The notes beneath the pieces are model-generated. The model did not search any database. It was not told the DNA's origin and was given only the letters and a program-made list of their open reading frames with translations. Shown piece after piece: positions 1 through 8,615 of a DNA stretch of 64,000 nucleotides (position 1 is the first letter of the stretch; each line of letters begins with the position of its first letter). The stretch lies in NCBI GenBank assembly GCA_027623195.1, contig JAQBUT010000009.1, positions 1 through 64,000 of the forward strand, in the 5' to 3' direction. Position numbers and translations under genes: made by a program. The stretch comes from Chloroflexota bacterium. GTDB lineage: Bacteria; Chloroflexota; Dehalococcoidia; Lucifugimonadales; JADFKI01.

Positions 1-69
1 ATTTTCGGATATGTTATCACAAGCCCAATAGGCCGACTAGTGACTTGCACCACAGATGTGACCATGGCA
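1..69. repeat. 69-bp exact direct repeat, copy 1 (copy 2 at 1345-1413); may extend beyond the window edge
   Basis: attttcggatatg...gtgaccatggca is identical at 1-69 and 1345-1413. Confidence 0.97.
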
Positions 70-308
70 ATCCTACCTTTGGACTTGTCCGGAGGGACGC
101 CATAAATCAGCACACGCCCCGTCTGCAACGGAAGAATGCCAGCTACAGCATTGAACAGCGTGCTCTTCCCACCGCCGTTCGGACCCACAACACCCAGTAG
201 AGTAGACCGTTGGACTTCGAAAGTGACGTCGCTCAATACTACCTCACCCCCTAGCCTAACGCTGACGTTCTCTACGATAAGCGCAGCCTGAGGCGCACCA
301 TTGACCAT
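1..308 (-). pseudogene. znuC: Metal (Zn/Mn) ABC transporter ATP-binding subunit, N-terminal part only; the frame runs into a duplicated intergenic segment at ~70
   Basis: Manual translation from ATG at 308: MVNGAPQAALIVENVSVRLGGEVVLSDVTFEVQRSTLLGVVGPNGGGKSTLFNAVAG...KGRIA, with Walker A GPNGGGKST. After RIA the expected YVPQ Q-loop is replaced by sequence identical to 1345-1413. Confidence 0.8.
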
Positions 309-311
309 GAT

Positions 312-1268
312 TTACCTGAGCGCCTTAACAATTATTTCCACGTTTCGCCTCATCATTCCATCGTAGGTTCCAATGTCGCTATCGACTGGGCCTAATGTGC
401 CTACCCTGAGCCCATCAACAACAGGAACGCCAGTCTCTTCGGAAATGCGTCGCGCCATGCGGTCGTCCACCGCTGCCTCAACAAATATGGCCTTGGCGTC
501 ATTTAGCCGTATTGCATCGACCAGATCCGCCATCTCGCTGGCAGACGGGTCCCGCTCGGTGGAGATGCCGGGAATGATTGCTCCAACCACTCGGAATCCG
601 TACCTTTCAGAAAAATACCCAAGGGAATCGTGAGAGGTCACCAGTATCCTGTCGCTGAGCGGTACGTCCTGGAGCTCAGCATTAATCCACTGGTGGAGGT
701 CGTCTAGTTTTTTGGAATAGGCCACCGCGTTATCTCGGTACTCATCGCCGTGCCCAGGGTCTACCTTCGCCAGCTCCTCGGCGATTGCCAACACCGCTAA
801 TTTGGCGCGTACGGGGTCCATCCAGAAATGCGGGTCCAGCACCGCTTCGGCACGTGGAGCCCTTTCCTCCTCAGAAGACGCTAGCATAGGCTCTACCAGA
901 GGTCCGACGGCCAAATGGCTGGCTCCCTTTGCCTCCACATTTGTTATGGTTTCTCGCAGCCACTGTCCTTCCAGATTCAGGCCTACGAATAACACAAGGT
1001 CCGCGTCGGCAACGCTGACAATATCCCTTGCCCCCGGCTGAAAGGAATGAGGATCTACTCCAGGTGGAATCAGGTCTACCACCCCCACGCCGTCTCCTCC
1101 CACCTGTCTGGCCCAGTCGCCAATAATGCTGCTGGTGCTAACGACGTTAACTCGTACCTCAGATGCCTGTTGGCTTGGCGGCAGGGTGCCCCTGGTGCAG
1201 GCCACACCAAAAAGCCCGGCAACAAGCCATAGCGCGACAGAAAAGTGCCGCACACCGCTGGTTAACAC
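312..1268 (-). CDS. znuA: Zn/Mn ABC transporter substrate-binding lipoprotein (ZnuA/TroA family)
   Basis: Lipobox GVAC; metal-binding motifs DPHSF, LDPHFW and SHDS; upstream of an ABC ATPase. Confidence 0.92.
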   Translation of the reverse strand: MLTSGVRHFSVALWLVAGLFGVACTRGTLPPSQQASEVRVNVVSTSSIIGDWARQVGGDGVGVVDLIPPGVDPHSFQPGARDIVSVADADLVLFVGLNLEGQWLRETITNVEAKGASHLAVGPLVEPMLASSEEERAPRAEAVLDPHFWMDPVRAKLAVLAIAEELAKVDPGHGDEYRDNAVAYSKKLDDLHQWINAELQDVPLSDRILVTSHDSLGYFSERYGFRVVGAIIPGISTERDPSASEMADLVDAIRLNDAKAIFVEAAVDDRMARRISEETGVPVVDGLRVGTLGPVDSDIGTYDGMMRRNVEIIVKALR

Positions 1269-1286
1269 GAATATTTCTCCTTTGAC

Positions 1287-1309
1287 TTATTGATACTTAG
1301 TCTCATTAA
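1287..1309. promoter_or_regulatory. Fur/Zur-family operator candidate
   Basis: AT-rich imperfect palindrome TTATTGATAC-TTA-GTCTCATTAA (8/10 arm match) just upstream of the znuA RBS. Confidence 0.6.
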
Positions 1310-1320
1310 CAGACATAAAG

Positions 1321-1344
1321 AAAAAGCGCTGAATGCGCCCTTTT
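1321..1344 (-). terminator. Intrinsic terminator after rimM
   Basis: Minus strand GGGCGC-ATTCA-GCGCTT followed by a T-run. Confidence 0.5.
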
Positions 1345-1413
1345 ATTTTCGGATATGTTATCACAAGCCCAATAGGCCGACTAGTGACTTGCACCACAGA
1401 TGTGACCATGGCA
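1345..1413. repeat. 69-bp exact direct repeat, copy 2
   Basis: Identical to 1-69. Confidence 0.97.
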
Positions 1414-1433
1414 TCCAATCGAAGACGGAGCTT

Positions 1434-1964
1434 CTACACCAGCCCTTCGGGTAGCTGCACTGTCATGCCATCGCCCTCAAGATCGACGCTCAATATCACG
1501 TCTTCCAGGGCTGGAACTAGGATGTCCCTGCGGCCTTCAAGACGCACAACATACACATCGTTTGCGCCGGTCTCTATTATCTCCACGATGCGACCCAATT
1601 TCTCGCCATCTGCCGTTTGCACAGGCATCTCCATTATCTGGAAGTAGTAATAGGCGCCATTGGGCAAAGGTTCGGCGTCGGCCTCCGGAACAGTGAGCAG
1701 TTGGCCTCTAAGGCTGTCGGCCGTGGTACGGTCTCGCACCGAGGCCAATTTTACGAGCAGTATGCCCTTGGACCTGCGGGAGTGTTCGACCTTAACGGGT
1801 TTGCCCTTTAGATGCACCACGCTGTTGTCAGCAAATCGGGTTGGAGCGTCCGAAAGGAGTTCCACTTTGATCTCGCCCTTGATTCCCCATCCACCCCGAA
1901 TATGCCCAACCACAACGTGGCCGGGAGTCGGGTTGGCCTGGGGCTTGACGTCGCGGGACGGCAA
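1434..1964 (-). CDS. rimM: 16S rRNA processing protein RimM
   Basis: GIKGEIKV N-domain, PRC barrel ETGANDVYVV; follows rpsP-khpA. Confidence 0.95.
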   Translation of the reverse strand: MPSRDVKPQANPTPGHVVVGHIRGGWGIKGEIKVELLSDAPTRFADNSVVHLKGKPVKVEHSRRSKGILLVKLASVRDRTTADSLRGQLLTVPEADAEPLPNGAYYYFQIMEMPVQTADGEKLGRIVEIIETGANDVYVVRLEGRRDILVPALEDVILSVDLEGDGMTVQLPEGLV

Positions 1965-2008
1965 TTGAGCCTGCTGTGGAGGGTCTTTACGTGGAGAAGT
2001 CAGGAGAA

Positions 2009-2236
2009 TTAAACGATTTCCAGGACAGCGCTGGTATCCTTTTTCACGGCCGCCACGCGCAACAGAACGCGCATGGACTGCGCCACCCTGCCCTGTCGTC
2101 CGATGACTTTGCCTTTATCGTCTGGGGCAACTTCGAGCTTGATGATGACGCGACCGTTTTCCTCTTCCTCTGTTACCCGAACCTCGTCCGGCTCTGAGGC
2201 GATGGATTTTGCGATAAACTCAACCAGTTCCTTCAT
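2009..2236 (-). CDS. khpA: KH-domain RNA-binding protein KhpA
   Basis: MKELVEFIAK...DKGKVIGRQGR; ATG at 2236 overlaps the rpsP stop (ATGA). Confidence 0.93.
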   Translation of the reverse strand: MKELVEFIAKSIASEPDEVRVTEEEENGRVIIKLEVAPDDKGKVIGRQGRVAQSMRVLLRVAAVKKDTSAVLEIV

Positions 2237-2490
2237 TCGCCCTTTACCTTCTCCAATGTGCCGAGTTTCTTGAGCATGTGGTTGACAGCGTCTGAGGGCT
2301 GAACGCCCACGCGAAGCCACTTCAGGGCCTTCTCCTCGTCCATCACCACGGTTGGGGGATCGGTCCTGGGGTCGTAGTGTCCAATATGATCGACAAATGC
2401 GCCGTCGCGGGCGGCGCGGGAATCGGCAACCACTATTCGGTAGCTAGGCTGGCTCTTGGCGCCAACCCTTCGTAAACGCATTTTAAGCAT
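2233..2490 (-). CDS. rpsP: 30S ribosomal protein S16
   Basis: MLKMRLRRVGAKSQPSYRIVVADSRAARDG. Confidence 0.98.
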   Translation of the reverse strand: MLKMRLRRVGAKSQPSYRIVVADSRAARDGAFVDHIGHYDPRTDPPTVVMDEEKALKWLRVGVQPSDAVNHMLKKLGTLEKVKGE

Positions 2491-2709
2491 GTGTTGTCAC
2501 TTTCATTGCCTGTAATCAAATAAATTTGAAAGGTATATTGGCTAAATATACATAATAGGACGCACCCATACAACTGCATTTAGCCATAGAAATTTTAGCC
2601 CCCATAGAGAGAGCTTGTCAACGAATCGAGGGATATCTGTAGAAGGGTTGCGCACGCGGCGCGGAAACCAACAAGCCGCCGCCCGATACCGGAGCGGAGC
2701 TTGTTACGA

Positions 2710-2874
2710 TTATGCTCCGCTGACGGGCCTTGGCAGAAATGCTGCCTTGAGCTTGCAGTTGGGGCATTCCTGGTCCCGCATGGACCTCGCGTCAACTTTG
2801 GAGGGCTGTTCAAAGCCGCAAAGCCAGCAAATGAAAGTCTCAACGGTTGAGGTCTCGGATTTTTTGCTCACCAT
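2710..2874 (-). CDS. Small zinc-ribbon protein, 54 aa (not in the ORF track)
   Basis: MVSKKSETSTVETFICWLCGFEQPSKVDARSMRDQECPNCKLKAAFLPRPVSGA*; two CxxC motifs; SD AGGTGA 5 nt before the ATG. Confidence 0.75.
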   Translation of the reverse strand: MVSKKSETSTVETFICWLCGFEQPSKVDARSMRDQECPNCKLKAAFLPRPVSGA

Positions 2875-3108
2875 AACTATCACCTAACGATAATGTAATC
2901 GTAATGCTTCGAAATGAATCGAGGAAAGGCGAGAGGGTAGCGAGAAATGCAGCCAAGGCAAATGGGCTGGGCCTCTAGGACTTTCCCCAATTGAATGTTA
3001 CTACTACGTAGTGAAAAACTCGGTGGCGAATCTGTGACGAATCTGTTAGGTGATTTAAAACTGCGACGTTACGTTAGGGAGTCCTACGGGGAGATAAATT
3101 ATTGAGTT

Positions 3109-3253
3109 GGGAACAGCAGGGGGACGGCCAGAAGGCCTAGGTGTTGAAAAAAAACTGATCAATAATACCGGAGGATCGAGGCATTATTTAAGTTAGGCGC
3201 CGACACTCCCCAATGCCAACGCCAAGAGACCGCCCTATTCCCTGCCAGCTCCC
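3109..3253 (-). ncRNA. Candidate structured ncRNA (~145 nt), class uncertain (6S-like or novel)
   Basis: On the minus strand the ends pair (GGGAG/UUCCC, UGGCAGGG/CCCUGCUG, GGGCGGUC/GGCCGUCC) and enclose a 12-bp and a 9-bp hairpin. Many G-U pairs form only on the minus strand. Confidence 0.5.
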
Positions 3254-3291
3254 TAAAAGAAAGGAGATAACATATTAAACCCGGACTACTT

Positions 3292-3549
3292 CTAGCCCGC
3301 GTTGACCTTGTGAAGTTGCGCCATAATTCGCGACTTTCGGCGAGATGCGTTATTCGCGTGAATCGCACCCTTCTGAGCCGCCTTATCCAACGCGACTACG
3401 GCTGAATTGACCGCTACTGACGCGGCCTCCGGGTCGCTGCCCGCCATTAGCTGACGAGCCTTACGCACTTCAGTCTTGGCCCTACTTCGAAGCGGAGCAT
3501 TCTGAACCCGCTTTCGCTCGGATACTCTATGTGATTTTGCACTAGGCAA
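3292..3549 (-). CDS. rpsT: 30S ribosomal protein S20
   Basis: LDKAAQKGAIHANNASRRKSR; SD GGAGG. Confidence 0.97.
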   Translation of the reverse strand: MPSAKSHRVSERKRVQNAPLRSRAKTEVRKARQLMAGSDPEAASVAVNSAVVALDKAAQKGAIHANNASRRKSRIMAQLHKVNAG

Positions 3550-3574
3550 CTTTGCCTTACCTCCAATTAATTCG

Positions 3575-5728
3575 TCAGTCTCTTGCTCTGCTGACGCTAA
3601 AAACGTTTCTCACGCCCTCTAATTTGGAGAACATAACATTCAACTGGTCTATACCAGTAATGTAGACCGTAAGGGAGATCACGCTGACGTTCCCGTGCTC
3701 TTCCGAAACGCACGATGTTATATTAACACGTTCTTCCGACACACGGGAAGTAATATCTCCAAGGAGTCCCACCCTATCATATGCCTCAACCCTGATTCTA
3801 ACGGGAAAGAAGGTTTGCGTCTTGCCCCAGTCAACTGGAATAAGACGTTCCGTTTCCGTTTCCGCGCGAACGTTGTGGCAATCCCTCTGATGTACTGTAA
3901 CACCCCTACTGCGCGTAACGTACCCAATTATCTCATCACCGTTGATTGGCGTGCAGCAGTTGGCCATGCGCGTCAGCAGGTCGCCTACGCCCAACACTTC
4001 TACGCCAGACTGCGGGCTGTTAACGGGCACCGAGATTGCCACCTCGTGCTCCGGTTCAACCGACTGCGTTGACATCTTGCTAACTACTTGTGCGACGGTA
4101 ATCATTCCGCCTCCCAGAGCCGCTAGGAACTCGTCTGCGCTGTCAAACTTCATCAGCCCAGCTAAATCCCCGTCCGCAATGGACGAGGTCAACCTACGCA
4201 ATTGCTTCTGGTAGATTTCGCGGCCGCGCTGAATGTTTATTCCTCGTTCCTGTTTGTTGAACCACTGACGTATCTTGGTCCGTGCCGAGGTCGTATTCAC
4301 GTGGCCCAGATTCGGGTTAAGCCAGTCCAAACTAGGTCCGCGAACCGTCCTGCTGGTCATTATTTCCACGGTGTCGCCGTTCTTGAGCTTATATGTCAGC
4401 GCAACGAGCTTGCCGTTGACCTTGCCGCCAATGCAGCGATGACCAATGTCCGTGTGAATTCTGTACGCCAAGTCCAGAGGAGTTGAGCCGGCTGGCAATT
4501 CCTTGAGGTCCCCTTTCGGAGTGTAGACGAACACCTGATTCTTAAAGATATCCGTCTTGAATGACTCAACGAACTCTTCGGCCCCGCTGACGTCTCGCTG
4601 CCAATCCAGTATCTGGCGAAGCCAGGTCATCTTCTCCTCGAAGTCCACATCTGAGTTGCGGCCTTCTTTGTAAAGCCAGTGTGCCGCTACACCGTATTCA
4701 GACACTCTATGCATCTCATGGGTCCGAATCTGGACCTCAACAGGGTGCGCATCCACGCACAACACGCTGGTATGCAGTGACTTGTACAGGTTGTCCTTGG
4801 GGTTGGCGATGTAATCGTCGAACGCGCCCGGCAGAGGCCTCCACTTGGAGTGAACCACGCCCAGAGCCGCGTAACAGTCCGACTCTTCCGTCACCAGTAC
4901 CCTAAGGGCAAACAGGTCGTGAATGTCGTCGACACCAAGGTTTTGCTGAGAGTATGCCTGTATCTTCCTATGAATGCTGTAAATATGCTTGGGGCGTCCA
5001 GTGACCTCTGCTGTTAATCCGGCGGTGTCCAGGTCAAGCTGCAGCGACTCCCTTACAGACTCGATGTAATCCTCCCGCTCCTGCCTCTTGGAGCTGAGAA
5101 TTATTGAAATCTGCTTGTAGGCATCTGGGTTTATGTGCTGGAAGGCGAGGTCTTCCAGTTGCCACTTGACTTCCCATATGCCTAGCCTGTGGGCCAACGG
5201 CGCGTAGATGTCCAGGGTTTCCTGGGCAATGGCCAGCCGCCGATTCTCCGGCATCGACCCGAGGGTGCGCATGTTGTGGAGGCGATCGGCCAGCTTAATT
5301 AGCACCACACGGATATCTTCCGCCATGGCCACCAGCATTTTTCTAATGCTTGCTGCTTTGGCAAGATCCCCGTCTGACCCAGATGAGCCCAGGTTGCCCA
5401 ACTGCTCAGCCAGAGCCTCGGTTTTTGTAAGTTTGGTTACGCCGTCCACAAGCGTGGCGACCTCGTCGCCAAATATGGACGCTATCTCTTCCATTGATAT
5501 ATCGCAGTCCTCAACGACGTCGTGAAGGAGCGCAGCCGCCAACGCGCTCGGATCCAGCCTCAGATCAGCTAGAAAGATCGCGGTCTGAAGAGGGTGCTCA
5601 ATGAAGGGCTCTCCTGAACGCCGCACCTGCCCGTCATGGGCCGCTGCTGCGAACTTATAGGCCTCTTCAATTATGTGGATTCGGTCTTCGGGGACGTATT
5701 CTCTGGCTTTGGCAAGCAGAATTTCCAA
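3575..5728 (-). CDS. relA: Bifunctional (p)ppGpp synthetase/hydrolase (long RSH); ORF open to 5779, TTG at 5728 is the likelier start
   Basis: HD hydrolase LLHDVVED, IKLADRLHNMRT, synthetase YKSLHT/EVQIRT, TGS and C-terminal ACT domains. Confidence 0.96.
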   Translation of the reverse strand: MEILLAKAREYVPEDRIHIIEEAYKFAAAAHDGQVRRSGEPFIEHPLQTAIFLADLRLDPSALAAALLHDVVEDCDISMEEIASIFGDEVATLVDGVTKLTKTEALAEQLGNLGSSGSDGDLAKAASIRKMLVAMAEDIRVVLIKLADRLHNMRTLGSMPENRRLAIAQETLDIYAPLAHRLGIWEVKWQLEDLAFQHINPDAYKQISIILSSKRQEREDYIESVRESLQLDLDTAGLTAEVTGRPKHIYSIHRKIQAYSQQNLGVDDIHDLFALRVLVTEESDCYAALGVVHSKWRPLPGAFDDYIANPKDNLYKSLHTSVLCVDAHPVEVQIRTHEMHRVSEYGVAAHWLYKEGRNSDVDFEEKMTWLRQILDWQRDVSGAEEFVESFKTDIFKNQVFVYTPKGDLKELPAGSTPLDLAYRIHTDIGHRCIGGKVNGKLVALTYKLKNGDTVEIMTSRTVRGPSLDWLNPNLGHVNTTSARTKIRQWFNKQERGINIQRGREIYQKQLRRLTSSIADGDLAGLMKFDSADEFLAALGGGMITVAQVVSKMSTQSVEPEHEVAISVPVNSPQSGVEVLGVGDLLTRMANCCTPINGDEIIGYVTRSRGVTVHQRDCHNVRAETETERLIPVDWGKTQTFFPVRIRVEAYDRVGLLGDITSRVSEERVNITSCVSEEHGNVSVISLTVYITGIDQLNVMFSKLEGVRNVFSVSRARD

Positions 5729-6016
5729 GAAATGCCTTTCTTCCAGTGCGCATTTCGGATCGTAGTAGTTATGTATCAAGTATATCCGAGCTTGGAAACT
5801 CTATCAATTGGCATTGGGTTCTCCCACGTCGCCAATATCCACACCATAATGCAGTCTAAATCGGCCTGGAAACCAGTATCCGCCATCCGACCATGAAACA
5901 TATCCTTTAGGCCGGAGCGCCTGTGATATGATGCATAGCCAGTTTACGCCTTCTCCCGCAGGCCGTGCCGCAGGTGTAACGCCGAATCAAAATCGTAACT
6001 GGAGTCACTACGCTTA

Positions 6017-7378
6017 ATGTGCGCCAAGCAGACGGAAAGGGTCTCCGTAGGCCCAATTAGCGGCTTCCCCGAGTGGACGCCCGCCGAACGAATCCTGGAG
6101 CAGCGGATGCTCGACACCATAAGGGCGTCGTTCGAGCGATACGGCTTCTCCCCTATTGAGACACCCTCCGTGGAGCGAAACGACGTTCTTACGGCCAAAG
6201 GTGGCGCGGAAGCGGAGCGGCAGATTTACCGGCTGACGAGCCTTTACCCGCAAAGCGTAGAAGACGCCCGCGAGTACTCCCTACATTTTGATCTCACTGT
6301 GCCTCTGGCCCGGTATGTGGCACAGCGTTACGGGGATCTGGTCTTCCCTTTCCGGCGATACCAGATTCAGAAGGTCTGGCGGGGCGAAAGACCTCAGCAC
6401 GGACGCTTCCGCGAATTCACCCAGTGCGACATCGACATCGTAGGCGACGGCGAATTGGGCTTGATGGCGGACGCAGAAATCCCAGCTGTCATATCTGAAG
6501 TTTTTAGCAGGTTGGATATAGGGAACTTCTGCATCCGAATCAGCAACCGCAAGATTCTGACCGGATACCTGGAACACCTTGGCTATAACGAAGTGGAAAC
6601 TGCAGACATTCTCAGGGAAGCAGACAAGATAGAGCGGCAGGGCGTAGGCCCAGTTCGCGAATACCTCGAAGGTAACGGTGCAGACGCCTCCAAGATCGAT
6701 GGCATATTGGAACTGGTCCAGGCGGAAGGCTCCTCGCAGGAAATTCTAGCCTCCCTGAAGGCCAAGACAGGCATCGGTGATCGATACGAACAGGGCGTTT
6801 CAGAGCTGTCCACTGTGGTAGAGTTCGCGTCTTCCTTCGGCATTCCTGAAGCCAATTTGCAGGTCGACCTCGGCATCATACGCGGCCTGGATTACTACAC
6901 CGGCACCATTTACGAGACCCGTCTTCTGGACCATCCACAACTGGGCAGCATCTGCTCCGGCGGGCGCTACGACGACCTCGCCAGCTACTATGTGGGCCGG
7001 ACGCTGCCAGGTGTAGGCATATCCATCGGCCTTAGCCGGCTATTCTCTCAGCTGCTCCGTGCCGATATTTTACAGGCAGGTGCCGCTACCGTGGCCCCGG
7101 TGCTAGTGACCACGCCGGACGAATCTTTGTATCGAAAGGCCATAGAGATCGCCAGCGACCTGCGGTCCAATGACATTTCCACGGAAATATACTTCGAGAA
7201 GGCCCGTTTGGCCCGACAGCTACGCTACGCATCCCGCAAGGGCTTCAAGGTGGCCGTCATTCCGCTGGACGAAGACCTTGCCGACGGAAAAGTGCGTTTC
7301 CGCGATATGGAATCCGGAGACGAACAGAGCGTGCTCATCGCTAATTTGAGCAACGAAATCGCAAAGCTCGTAAAATAG
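6017..7378 (+). CDS. hisS: Histidine--tRNA ligase
   Basis: WRGERPQHGRFREFTQCDID, RGLDYYTG, SGGRYDDL. Confidence 0.97.
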   Translation: MCAKQTERVSVGPISGFPEWTPAERILEQRMLDTIRASFERYGFSPIETPSVERNDVLTAKGGAEAERQIYRLTSLYPQSVEDAREYSLHFDLTVPLARYVAQRYGDLVFPFRRYQIQKVWRGERPQHGRFREFTQCDIDIVGDGELGLMADAEIPAVISEVFSRLDIGNFCIRISNRKILTGYLEHLGYNEVETADILREADKIERQGVGPVREYLEGNGADASKIDGILELVQAEGSSQEILASLKAKTGIGDRYEQGVSELSTVVEFASSFGIPEANLQVDLGIIRGLDYYTGTIYETRLLDHPQLGSICSGGRYDDLASYYVGRTLPGVGISIGLSRLFSQLLRADILQAGAATVAPVLVTTPDESLYRKAIEIASDLRSNDISTEIYFEKARLARQLRYASRKGFKVAVIPLDEDLADGKVRFRDMESGDEQSVLIANLSNEIAKLVK

Positions 7379-7501
7379 GGCGCCCTTCAGCACCGCTATA
7401 CCCAAGCAAAATCAGGTTTATGCGGGGGTGTGTTTGATATACTGAGTCCTGAGGCCAATACTAATGGCCCAATACTAATTATGTGATTCGCAGGTCTAGC
7501 T

Positions 7502-8578
7502 ATGACCATGCTAACAAGACTGGCTTCAGTCGAAAACCGATACGACGAAATTGAAGAGCTAATGGCCGACCCGGAATTAGCGGTTGATTTCACACGGATA
7601 CGAAACCTCGCTAAAGAGCAGGCCACTATGCGCACCGTGGTGCAGCTCTCGCGTGAATATCGTGGCGTCCTTAAACAGCTGGAGGAGACAACCGCGATTG
7701 TTCGGCAGGAATCGGACCCGGAAATGGTGGCCTTCGCCAAGGAAGAGGAGGGCCAGCTTGAGGTCCGTAAGGCCGAGTTGGAAGAGAGTCTCCGCCTTGA
7801 ACTCATACCTAAGGACCCTAACGACGACAAGAACGTAATCATGGAAATTCGCGCAGGCACCGGCGGCGATGAGGCGGGCCTCTTCGCAGCGGACCTTTAC
7901 CGCATGTACATGCGGTACGCTCAGCGCATGGGCTGGAAGACCGAAGTGATCGACGCCAGCGAGACCGGAGTAGGGGCTATGAAAGAGATAGTCTTCGCGG
8001 TCAAGGGTCAAGGCGCGTACAGCCGCTTGAAATATGAGAGCGGTGGGCATCGAGTCCAACGGATTCCCACAACTGAGTCCAGCGGGCGAATTCACACATC
8101 CGCCGCAACCGTGGCTGTGCTTCCTGAAGCCGAAGAGGTTGACGTAGATATCAGACCCGAGGACCTGGACATCGACATCTTCCGCGCCGGTGGCCACGGT
8201 GGCCAGAATGTGCAGAAGGTGGAGACGGCTGTCCGCATTACTCATATACCTACCGGCATAACCGCAACCTGCCAGGATGAACGCTCCCAGCTCAAGAACC
8301 GCGAGAAGGCCATGGGCGTGTTGCGCTCCCGTATTCTTGCTCAGGAGATCGAACGCCAACATCAGGAGGTCTCTGCAAATCGCCGTTCACAGATTGGCAG
8401 TGGAGACCGTTCTGAGAGAATTCGCACCTTTAATTTCCCGCAGGGCCGCGTAACCGACCACAGAATCAACTTCTCTAGCTACAACCTGGAGCAGATTTTG
8501 GACGGAGACATCGACGAGTTCGTGCAGGAGCTTCAGCAACGGGAGCAGTCCGAGAAGCTGGCCGACACCGCCCTATAA
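7502..8578 (+). CDS. prfA: Peptide chain release factor 1
   Basis: GGQ motif, PxT (PTT) motif, [11 protein letters not shown]; upstream of prmC. Confidence 0.97.
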   Translation: MTMLTRLASVENRYDEIEELMADPELAVDFTRIRNLAKEQATMRTVVQLSREYRGVLKQLEETTAIVRQESDPEMVAFAKEEEGQLEVRKAELEESLRLELIPKDPNDDKNVIMEIRAGTGGDEAGLFAADLYRMYMRYAQRMGWKTEVIDASETGVGAMKEIVFAVKGQGAYSRLKYESGGHRVQRIPTTESSGRIHTSAATVAVLPEAEEVDVDIRPEDLDIDIFRAGGHGGQNVQKVETAVRITHIPTGITATCQDERSQLKNREKAMGVLRSRILAQEIERQHQEVSANRRSQIGSGDRSERIRTFNFPQGRVTDHRINFSSYNLEQILDGDIDEFVQELQQREQSEKLADTAL

Positions 8579-8615
8579 AGCATGGCTACACGCCAGGCGG
8601 AGTTAATTTAAGGGC

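Noticed and set aside
1414..1434. Absence of trmD-rplS after rimM
   Set aside because: Operon break-up is common; the genes may lie elsewhere in the genome.
2595..2887. ORF-track ORFs 2595..2843 (-) and 2615..2887 (+)
   Set aside because: No motifs or SD; they overlap the better-supported 54-aa zinc-ribbon ORF.
7577..8362. Long antisense ORFs (also 9427..10080 and 62290..63174)
   Set aside because: Shadow frames of well-supported genes, with no independent motifs.
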